Assembly (NCBI GenBank): GCA_001724265.1
Contig: MEDY01000325.1
Location: forward strand, 1 to 64,000
Direction of reading: 5' to 3'
From: Rhizaria sp. SCN 62-66
Taxonomy: Eukaryota
Length of the DNA stretch: 64,000 bases
Of the stretch, positions 27,028-38,000 are shown piece after piece (the stretch's first letter is position 1; every line of letters starts with the position of its first letter). A program made the position numbers and the translations under genes. Under the pieces are notes generated by a model. It was not told the DNA's origin, did no database searches, and saw only the letters and a program-made list of their open reading frames with translations.

Positions 27028-28168
27028 GTGTTGGGTGAGATCAAGCGGAGCAAAAGTGTGCCTCTGCTTCTGAGGGGTAGAAACGAGACTGCAGGGAGGC
27101 GAGGGTGTACATGCAAGAGATGAAAATTGAATGGCAATGAGATATTCTTGAGACAGTTCAATGAGTGAAAAGACAAATGCATAGACGGAAGTTGTGAGAC
27201 TGTAGCGATGGTCCTGAATCGAGCGCGACTGGTGCCATACTTCCGCTTGTGTCGCCAGATCTCGCCTTCTTCAAGGCATCAGGAGACGTCTTCATTGACA
27301 ACATGAGTTGTACAACTCACAGGGAAACAATATGTATGTCGTTTTTCTTTCATTCTCCTCGATGTTCGTCTCCGTTCCACAGTCGCTGCTGCTTCTAAGG
27401 TAACTGCGCCAGTGGCCCCAGCACCTGCTCTAGATGACCTATGGGCGTGTGAAAGAATGATAATTACCGGTGGGCAGTAGTTGTCTCGAAATTGAGCGAA
27501 ATAAAGACAAATGCGACGACAGATTTTAAGACAACACATAATGTCAGTTCTTATAAGATAAAAATGCAAAGATTGTATGCGTATTTGCACCATCAATCAA
27601 AACAGTTCAGAACTAACTGTACCGACAAACATAGACAGAAAAACTCACAAAATATACAAATCTCACAATGAAAGACACACGAAGACTAGCTAACAAAGTA
27701 AATAACATTACCTTGCACACAGCAGTAGCAATAACAAGAACAGCCAAGAAAGAAAACAAAAACAGCGACAACAATCATCACAGTACGGCTGTTGCGAATA
27801 TTTTGGAGGTGACAGTCTCATCAAATGAATCAGCAAGCAATCAAGCATGCAAGCAAGCAAACAAACAGGCATACATGCAGAGAAAAACAAGTGACAAACA
27901 CCCACAATTTGGTGCAATGCAATACTCAATGATTGCACAAACAAACATAAAGGACTGCACAAACAAAACAAACAAACAAAACAACAACAACAAAAAACAT
28001 GTTGACACCCAAGCCTGTCTACTTACATTAATAATAATACAACAACACAACAAACGTAAGTAAGTCATCACTTCGATGATACAAAATAAACACAAAGAAA
28101 ACAAAGCAAAGCACAGCAAAGCCAAGCAACGCCGCAGTGGAGGCCCTTAGCCGGCCCTTGGCCGGCCT

Positions 28169-29319
28169 TTAGCCGCGCATGGACGACTGCTTGACGCAGC
28201 CCTCAGTGAGGACCTCGAGCGCCTTTTTGTACTCGCCCAGCACCGTCTCCATCTCCTCAGGCTTGACGAAGGACGCGTACGAGTACGACTTCTGCAGCAG
28301 CGCGGCCAGCTTGCGCCGCGAGCGCAGCAGCTCGCCGCCGCGCACGTCGGGCGAGTCGAGCCGCTTCAGGAACGACGGCTTCGGCGTTCCGTGGCCGCCG
28401 ATGATCGCGGCGGGGCCCGGCGCGCCGTTGCTGTTGCCGCCATTGCTGCCGTTGCCGTTCGCAAGCCCGACGAGGCCGGCACCGTTGTCGTAGCTGCCGC
28501 CGCCGGCGTTGAGCGGCTTGGCGACCGAGTGCGAGCTCAGGCCCAGCCCGGAGCGCACGTAGCCGGCGCTGCCGCCCGCCGCGGTGCTGTTGCTGCCGCC
28601 GTTCGTCTCGGACTCGGCGAGACGGAGCAGCAGAGAGTGCGCGTTGCGCTGCGCGGGGGACCCAGGCGGCAGCTCGTGGGGCAGCCGACCCTGGCCAGTC
28701 AGCTGGGGCGCGCCAGAGGCGGCGCCGGCACCGCCCGCGGCGATGGCGGCGGCGGCGGCGGCGCTGCCAGAGGCGTTCGCGGCGGAGGCCGCAGTGGACG
28801 CAGCGGCGGCCGCTGAAGATGAGGCCGAGGAAGAATTGGCTGCGGCGCCGGTGTGGGCGTCGATGAGGTCATTCGCGGGCACCGTCACAGCGGTCGCGGC
28901 AGGGGCGCTCGCGGTCGGGGTGGCGGCGGCGGTGGTGGACCCAGAGGACGCGGCTGCGGCGGCCGCGGCGGACTGCGCGGCGGCCTGCTGCGCGAAGCGC
29001 GACATGGGCGCGCCCGCGGCGGCCGCGGCGGCGGCGTCGCCGGTGGAGGCGGAGGGCGCGGAGGAGCGCGGCGTGCCTAGATTGCGGCCCGTGACGCGCG
29101 GCGACGAGTAGTCCTGGGTCACCGAGGAGCGCGCCAAGATCGGCTGCGAGGCTGGGGGGCCCACCGCGGGCACCGCGGGCGGCACGCTCGGGCCCGATTG
29201 CGGCTGCGACTGAGAGCCCGCTGCTGCTGCGGCGGCGGAGGCGGCAGCGGCGGCCGCGGCGGAGGCGGCGGCAGCCAGACGGTCGGCCTCGAGCTGGGCC
29301 TGCACCTGCTGCTGCAGCA

Positions 29320-29351
<32 letters not shown>

Positions 29352-30614
29352 GCCTGCAGCGCGAGCGCGCTGGGCTGGCTGCGGCTGCTCGCGCCCGCGC
29401 CGCCCACCCCGCCTGCGGCCGAGGGGCCCGCGGCGGCGCCGCTGGCGGGACCGGCGTTGAGCGAGCGGCGCTGGCGGGCCGGCGAGTCGTAGTCCATAGT
29501 GACGCGGCGGGGGGCGTTGGCGGCCTCGGCGGCGGCGGCGAGCGGGCGCGTGAAGCCCGTCACGGGCGAGTGCGCGCCGCGGGCAGAGCCGGAGGAGTTG
29601 GACACCACTGAGAGCTGCTGCTGCAGCGACGGCGGCTGAGAGCCCGCGTTGGCAACAGCAGCCCCGCCAGCAGCAGCGGCAGCGGCAATGATCGCGGCGT
29701 TATTCGCAGCGTTGGCGTTGATGACGTTGACGTTGTTGCTGGACTGCGAGTGGGAGCTGGAGGACGTGTGCGAAGCGGCGGGCGTGCCCGGGGTGACCGT
29801 AGGGAGGTCCGCCGACAGCGAGGCCTCGGGCACCACGCCCACGGTCGCGAGCCGGATCAGCGCGCTGAGCTTCGGCGTCGCCATCGCCACCTGCGCAGCC
29901 TGCACGGCGTTGTTGGCGTTGTTGTTGCCAGTGTTGTTGGTGGAAGAGGAGGACACGGAGTGCGAGCCCGAGGTCGAGGTGGGGGCGCCGGAGACCGAGA
30001 CCACGCCGTCGGGGCCCGTCACGCCCGCGCCCACGCCCGAGCCCGCGGCGGCGGCAGCGGCGGTGGAGGAGGCGGTGGTCTGGCGCGAAGGGGAGAGGAC
30101 GTGCCGCGACATCGCCAGCGTGAGGTCGTCGGGCGCGTTGGCCAGGTAGGAGTTCGTCGCGTCGCCGGCAATGCGCTGATCGATGACGGCGACGGGGTAC
30201 TCAAGGCTGGCGACGAGCGTCTCGAGCGCGCGCTCAAACATGGCGATGACTTCGTCGACTTTGTCCAAGCGCACGTGGGGCACGCTGTCCAGGGCGCTGT
30301 GAGGTCGATGGAGGCACAAACAAAAGGTAAAAACGGCGACAAAATGCAAGAAGGGACCATAGTAGATTTGAATAGAAAGTGAGGTGACGGCGTATGCACG
30401 AGGCATTAGGGATGCTGGTGCTGAAGGAGAGGAAAAGGGCTGGACGAAGGAATGCTGCAGAGGAAATGCACGTGCAAGCGACAAAACATTGCGGAGACAA
30501 GAGATAGTATGATAGCGGATGTGATAAGAATGTTTGGTGTGCGCAGGAAAGAGGGACGTACAGCTGAATGAGGTCGCGGAGCTCACGCTCAGCAGCTTCA
30601 CGAGAGGTCGCCAT
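28169..30614 (-). CDS. Protein of unknown function: two similar helical segments at the termini joined by a long Ala/Ser/Gln-rich linker; 2 exons
   Basis: Exon 30614-30562 (MATSREAAERELRDLIQ), intron 30561-30297 (GTACGT...CAG), exon 30296-28169 ending TAA. Strongly GC-biased third codon positions. Confidence 0.7.
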
Positions 30615-31194
30615 GAGAGGCGGTGGTGTCGGTGTTAGGCACGACGAGCCGCGGGGGTTAGAAGGGTCTGGAAGAGGCAGCGAAAGGTTCAAGGGTTAGT
30701 GTGTAGGGCACACAATGTCTGCAACCAGAAAGAGATGCAGTTACATGACACGGACAATGATGGGAGTGAGAAAAGTAAAAGCATGAGCAGCCAGAAGTAA
30801 TTGCAACTGAGTCCTAAGAAGAAGCACGAATGTGCGAGACAGCAGGCCGGGATACAAAAAAGAATCATATGCGACAGCACTACATATACTCAGGTAATCA
30901 TGTAGACCCGCCTGGTACTAACAGCGAAAGTGTGCGCAGCGCCAGAAACGATCGTATCTCGTTCTTCTTGGGCCCTTCTTGATCAGCCAGCAAGCAGCCG
31001 GCTTCGAAATTTGGGTGCGATTTTTTACGAACCGCAGCATCCAGAAGAAGCCTCAAAACCAACTTACAAACGTGTCTTAATCTTCACAGATACTCGTCAT
31101 GACTTGGTTTGGCTGGCATTTCACTGCAGACGCGTGTTTACCCAACGTATATTTTTAATTGTGTATCTGAAACCTACGTTTCTATAGAGCTGTG
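30615..31194. promoter_or_regulatory. Putative bidirectional promoter/5' UTR region
   Basis: 580-nt spacer between divergent start codons at 30614 (-) and 31195 (+). Orientation-based inference. Confidence 0.35.
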
Positions 31195-33074
31195 ATGAGC
31201 GGCCCGTGCGTCTTCTCGACTCTGCAGACGCTCTTCTCGTCGCCCGACTGTCCCACGGGCTACGTCGTCATCGCTGTCGCTTCCTGCCTGTTCTTTGTTC
31301 TCTGGTCATGCTTCTCTGTTCGCGCATCCGCCGGCGCGGCCGCGGATGCCACCCGCGCCGGCGCGCGCGCGCTGGCGGTGGCGAGCGGCCCGATCACCCC
31401 GGCCGGGCTGGCCGTGCTCTCGCAGCACAAGTACAAGAGCTCCGAGTACACCCCCGTCGACCTCTTCATGAACGGCTACTGGCTCTGGGTGTCGTCTCTT
31501 GTTCCCGCGTGGATCGCGCCAAACCTGGTCACTCTTATTGGTACGTCTAGACGCCGTTAGCAACGCATACGCTGACTTGTTGCGGAGTTGAGCCTTTTCG
31601 TCTGAGTATTGACTTGAAATGAAGCTCATCAAATTTATTTTTATCTCAAAGTGTATTAGATGTGTGTCTATATGGTCACGTGTGTACATTTGATATCTTG
31701 TGTTTCTTGTAACGCTAATTTCTGTGATATACCCCTGGTTTCCCATCCTCCTCTCCCGCCGGCTCAGGCCTCGGCTCGATGGCCGCGCCCGCGCTCTACG
31801 GCCTGTCGCTCTCCCCCGTACTCGCTGCCCCGCGCCCTGCGCTGTTTCATGCACTGTGCGTGCTGGGCCTGTTCGGTTACCAGACGCTCGACGCCGTCGA
31901 CGGCAAGCACGCGCGCGCCACCAACTCGTCCTCGCCGCTGGGCCAGCTCTTTGACCATGGCTGCGACGCCATCTCGGTCACATTTGCCACGCTCATCTGC
32001 GCCATGACGCTGCAGCTCTCGCCCGAGGCCTTCCTCGCGATCCTGGCTGCCACCCACGTGCCCTTCTTTGTTGCGCAGTGGAGCGAGCGCCACACGCATG
32101 TGCTGCGCACCTCGGTCGGCCCCATCGGGCTCACCGAGACGCAGCTCTTCGCCATGGCGCTGCCGCTGGCATCCGCCGTGAGCCCCGCGTTCTGGGTCTC
32201 CGCGTTGCCCGTCGCCGTAGCCGAGAAGCTCGCCGCCGTGCTCGTGGCGCTGCCGTTCCCGCTGTATAACTGGTTAGGCTGGGCCTCGGCGGGTGCGATG
32301 GCGCAGGGACTGAGGTTCCACCACGTCGTCCTCGCCCTGTACGCCACCACGGCCGCCGTGGCCACCGTCTCTGTAATCATCGACACTGTGCTCGTGCTCA
32401 AGAAGAAGAACAAGCTGGCCGAGGCCGAGGCTGAGGCTGAGACTGTGGATGTTTCGACTGCTAATGCTGTTGCTGCTGCTGATGCTGCTTGTGCGCCGTG
32501 CTGCCCGATTGTCGCGGCCTTGGCCAAGCCGTGCGATCTGTTGTCTAAGTTCATGTGCTTGTCGTCCTCCTCGTCTTCGTCCAAGTGCTGCTTTGCGTCC
32601 AAGTCTAAGTCCTGCTCTGCGCTCAAGGAGCTCGTCCCCGCCCTCTCATTATGTGCCCTGACGTACCTCTGGACGACTGCGCCGCTGGCCGCCACCGAGG
32701 GCTTCTTCGCGTTTCCTCTGCTCGCGCCGCTGACGCTGGGCACGTACTTCACCAAGCTGTCGTGCGAGATGATCATCGCGGCCATGTCGCGCGACGCCTT
32801 CCCCGCCTGCTCTCTATCGCTGCTCCCTCTCGCGGCTCACATCGCCGCCGTCACGCTCTTCCCGGGCGCCACCGTGGCCCTGGGTGGCACCGTGAGCGGC
32901 GCTGCGGCGGTGCGGGTGACCGTGAGCACGGTGACGCTTGCGGTCGCCGTCGCGGGCGCCGCGGCGACGCTAACGGTTTTCGTGGTGGGCGCGGCGTTGC
33001 AGATCGCGCGCTACCTGGGCATCTACGTGCTCGTGCAGGGCCGGCGCCCCGAGGTCGCGGACAAGAGCGAGTAA
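31195..33074 (+). CDS. Choline/ethanolamine phosphotransferase (CDP-alcohol phosphotransferase, CEPT1/AAPT family); 2 exons
   Basis: Exons 31195-31540 and 31768-33074. Motifs HKYKS, PAWIAPNLVTLIG and the CDP-alcohol signature YQTLDAVDGKHARATNSSSPLGQLFDHGCD. Multiple hydrophobic helices. Ends TAA. Confidence 0.92.
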
Positions 33075-33904
33075 ACGAACACAACGACAGGGCTTCTCGG
33101 GCTCAGCGTCGACGGAAGAATAATGTATATCGGCTTTGAAAATGCTGAGAAACGAAAGCCCAAGTCTTCGACTGGTGACCAAGTTGTGTGATAAGTGGTC
33201 TATTTCGGAGCAAATTCGAATGTACCACAGATTAAATTATTAAAATGTATGTTTTTGTTTGTATTCCTGCTTGGTATCCGCAGGTTTTGTTTCAAACAGC
33301 AGCCGTGATGGCACTTGTGAGCGCTAAGGTGACAAGTGACCGCAGACCGTGACTGGCTGGGACGAAGCAACCAGAGCCCGCGCTCTCGAGGGCTCTTGCG
33401 CGGAACGCTGCAGGGTATCTTTGGGGCGAGTTATCTAGACCGATGAAACGTAAAATAGCATACATGAATCATATTTTGTTTCTACGCGAATTATTTATTC
33501 ACTGCATCTTTTTATATGAGCTCCACCTTTTGATAAGCTAGACGTATGCGACCATTCCTCACACCTCTTTGACTGCATCTCAACCTCGACTGTTCACCTA
33601 TCATTCGGTCACAATGGTTTGTTCATTTCAACTGAATATGTCATTACCAGGGCTTTACAACTTAGAAACGTCTAATAAGTGTCATATCATTGCCAGGCGT
33701 CTTGGACTCTCTGTTGCAGCCGTCTACGCCGCCCTTTGCGCACCGCGCTTTGGACTAGGACTCCCCAGCGTCCAACAAGTTCACATCTCTCATCTCACAC
33801 TCTCGCAATCGCAGTCGGTCATATCTGCCCGCGCGTCTTGTGTCTCCAGCTTTGCCCAACGCTTTTAACCGCGCGTGTCTTTGCGTGCAGCTCGCCGTGG
33901 CCCG

Positions 33905-34988
33905 ATGTCGCACTCGTACAAGGGCCGCGCCGATCCAGGCAGCAGTCTCAGTCGCAGCAACAGCCTCCCTCGGTCGACGGGTTCGAGCGCCAAACCCGAC
34001 GCGAGCTCGTCCATTGTCGTGAACACGAGCTCTATTGTTCACCCTACCGCTCAGGGGAGTAGCGTAAGTAAGAAAGTTAGCCGCACACCGAGTGCTTCCG
34101 TCTCCGGCAGCAGTGGGAGTTCTCTCCAGTTTGCGTCGCTGATCGCTGACTCTAACGCGGCCGCGGCCAAGCGCCGGCGGCATGCGGAGTCTCACAGCAA
34201 ACGCGACCGCAAGTCCGAGAGCGCGCAGCCCAAGAGCGCAACCACGGCGAAAAGTCCGGGTTCCAGCCGTCCGGGCCTTGAAGCGAGCGGTCACAGCAAG
34301 GCAGCGGCAGCGTCTCTGATGCGCGACCGTCTCTCGAGCAAGGTGAGTTCTCTTAGCGCTTACGCGAGCGCCACGTCCATCTCTGACGCCGGCAAGACTG
34401 GCAGGGGCGCGAAGCCCGCTCCGCCCGACATCACCGCTTCCATCACCGCCTCCGTCGCTGCCGACGCGACTAACGCGTCCAAAGACGCGGCTAAGGCCAA
34501 GACCATCGCAAGCATTATCGGCATCGCCGACAGGGACGCGGCGGCCCAGGCGGCGGTTCGGGCGGCGGACGACGCGAAGATCGACGGACTGGCCGCGTCA
34601 CTGCACGCGGCCTCAGCGGGCCTCATCGACCACGGAGCCGCCGTGCGCGCCGCAGTCGAGGCGTACGAGGCCAGCGAGGCAGACCGACGCCGCTAGCGCC
34701 GCGACGCGCAGGCCAAGAAGGGGCTGAGGTCCGCCGCCGCCGCTACCGCCGCCGCCGCTACCGCCGCCGCCGCCGCCGCTTCTGTTGATGCGAGTGCTGT
34801 TGCTACCGTGGCTGTCACGGCAGCAACCGCAACTTCTGCTGGAGTGTCGAGACTGACACAGCCGCGTTCACAACCGCAGGCGTAGTCACAGTCTAAATTA
34901 CAGTCTAAGTCACAACAGCCACAGGCATAGCACTCGCAGGCATAGCAGTCGCAGCTGCCGCCGCGGCAGGAGCAACAGCGTCAGCAAG

Positions 34989-35077
<89 letters not shown>

Positions 35078-38000
35078 AACAACAACAACAACAACAACAA
35101 TATCAGCAGCGTGACAAGCTTCCATCACAGATCAATCTCGCAAACGACTCCGAGACGGATTCTGAAACCGACACTAAATCCTGCACCGACGACTCCGACG
35201 CTGACTCCAGCACGGACACTGATGTGGCTTCCACGCCCGTGGCAAAGCCCCGCCGTGGAGATGGCAACGGCAGCGCCAACAGTGCAGACAAGAGGCGCAG
35301 CGGCCGAACCAACGACAGCGTGAACTACAACGAAACCGTCGCCTCAGAGTCTGACTCTGATTCCGACTCTGATCGCAGTTCGAGCTCCAACACGGGTCCA
35401 GGCCTCAAGCCGGCAGCGACTCAGCCGAGCGCTAATGCTGGCCATGTCTCTGCGTCTGACTCCGACTCTGGCTCTAGCTCGGACTCCGAATCATCCAAGA
35501 GCTCTGGCTCCGACTCGGATTCCGGCGTTGCTATCGAAAGTGACGACGATGATATCAAGGCTGGCCACGCCAACAAGAGCGACATCAGTGCTGGAGTCGG
35601 TATAACCGCTGAGTTGGCAAGGATTATTAGTCGCAACAGCGAAAGCAACCCCGATCGCGACTATGATGATAACGACGACGATCAGAGTGTTCAGACGATT
35701 GCCAGCAGCAGAGGCGGGGTTCTGCAAATGGCCCCCAGTGCAACTGTGCGGATTTTCTGGGACATGCCGCCCGCGGCCAGCAGCAGCAAGCTTCAGTCAG
35801 TGCCGCGCCACGTTAAAGCCGACGACGATGATGACGACGGCACTGTGTGCGCGTTGTTCAAGGCCAATACGCCTACGAAGCGGGCACCAAGTAACGCAGC
35901 AACGCCGCATTCCCAGTCATCGTCACAGGAGGCGCGGTCGAGCGCGAGCTCTAGTCAAGTCATTTTCCCTATCACTGGCACCCGCGCTGGCTCCGTCACT
36001 GCCACCACGGCGTCGAAGCCAACTGCTGTGGCGAAGGGGCCCAAGAGCCGGCGTCTTCAGACGCTCGACCAGTCTGACGCAGACTCTGACTCCGACGACA
36101 TTGAGGTCCCAAGCGAGACGGCGGCGGTGAATGGCACAGCTCCCGCACTAACTGCCCTAACCAGCTCTCGGACCGCGGATGCTGTGAGCGTTGGCTCCGC
36201 TCGTGCGCACCGCAACTTGACTTCCCCTGCCCCTGTCGGTGCTGCCGAGTCAGCTGAGCCTGCCGGGACTGCGGGGGCCGCGGGTCGCTCGCAGGTCGCC
36301 AGATCGGCCGCGGGTAATGAACCGGCTGTCATAAGTGACAGTGACCCTGACAGTCAAAATGGTTGTGACAGCTGTGTTACGATCTCGTCATCGAGCTCCG
36401 ACTCCGAGACTGATTCCTAGACGGATTCTGACTCGGCCTCGGACACTGCCACTGGCGGTAAATCTGTCGCCGACGCTGCCGCTGGCACCGACGTTAACCG
36501 TGTACCAATGCCTGGCGTGAACGCTAAGAGCTAGGATGACGGTGAGGATGAATCTCCCACTGTGACTGAGTCTACTGAGTCAGAGTCGGAATCAGGATCA
36601 GACTCCCCGGTCATGGTGCCTGTGAGTGACCGTGAGCAGCGCAAGAGAGTTCGCGAGCAGAGTCTGCACAAGATGCTGCAGCAACAAGTCCTCCAGCAAC
36701 AGCAGCAACAGCAACAGCAACGCGTCGCCGAGGCGTCTTACTCCGCAGACTCAGCGGTGGGTGTTGCGAGTGCCGGTCTGAGTAACCCTGAGGCCGCTCC
36801 TGTTGCGAATGCAGCAAGCGACCGGCGGGTCGGTGGGCGCGGCAAGGTCTCAGCGTCTGCCCGCACAGCAACGGTACCAGCACCAACAACAACAGCAACA
36901 GTTATAGCAATGCCGCAAGCTCTGTCTGCGCCAAACGTCATTGATGGGAATCCTAACCGCAGCTGCGATGTCGTCGCCAGTGACAGCGATGACAGCGATG
37001 ACATTGGTGATGAGGAGGCGGATGATGATGATGGTACTGATGACGAGCAAGATGAACACGAAAACGGAGACAATGACGTCCGTGAGATTGCCTGCGACAG
37101 TGACGAAGGCTTCGAAAACACAAGCAGCAAACGTGCTCGACTTGCATCTGCTTCTGCACCCAAGACCTCTGGTCTTAAATTTGACTCCGATAGTGACTCT
37201 GGTGATCATGCTGAGCGCACGCCGAGTGACCGTGAGCAGCAGCAGCAGCAGCTTGAACAACTGCACTCCCATCGCAGTCCTCGCCTCAGTCGCCGCTCTT
37301 GCCAGAGTGACCGTGAGCGCAGTCGCCGCGAGCGCGCGCTGGCCCTGCTGAAGCGCCCCAGCTCTCTGTCCGCCGGCGCGCTGCTCGTGCTCGCGCCGCC
37401 GGTGTGGACGCTGTTGCCGCCGTGCCTCGCGCACAACGAAGTGATCACGATCCAGCTCCGCTTCCTCGTCAACTCCGACAGCAGCCCTGACACGGGGGCC
37501 GGCGCGCGCGCGCTCACTGCGGGCACCGGGACCGAAAAAATCGCGTCCCTGCGGCAGGTCCACCAGTCGGAGCAGATCACATTCGGCGCTTCCGACTGCG
37601 CCTCCGTCTGGCCGGGCGCGTACATGAGCGACGCCGCGCTGGACCTGGCATTCGCGCTCGTGCAGGCGCGCGCGCCGCAGCCACCTTCGCTGGCCTCGCT
37701 GGCGGCGCTCGCGGCCGCGAAGCCCGCGGCGACCGCGGCGACCGCGGCGGGCGAGAACGCGCCGCCGGCGACTGCTACAGTGACCGTGGGCGGGGTGGCC
37801 GTGGGCAGCGGCACGCTCCGCGCAGTCCGTGCGCTGCCGTACGGCGCGCCGGTGCAGAGCAGCGTGGTGTACTCATCGCTCTTCGTGCCATCGCTGCGGC
37901 CCAACGCGCCGCAGCAGGCGCAACTCAAGCGCGACCGCGAGGCCGAGCTGGCCCACGCGTACGAGAGTGTTCGACACATGCTCACTGCGTTCGGTCCCCT

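Noticed and set aside
27600-28130. A/C-rich strand-skewed tracts with short ORFs (similar A-rich tract at 13070-13720)
   Set aside because: Consistent with U-rich 3' UTRs of the adjacent minus-strand genes. The ORFs are compositional artefacts.
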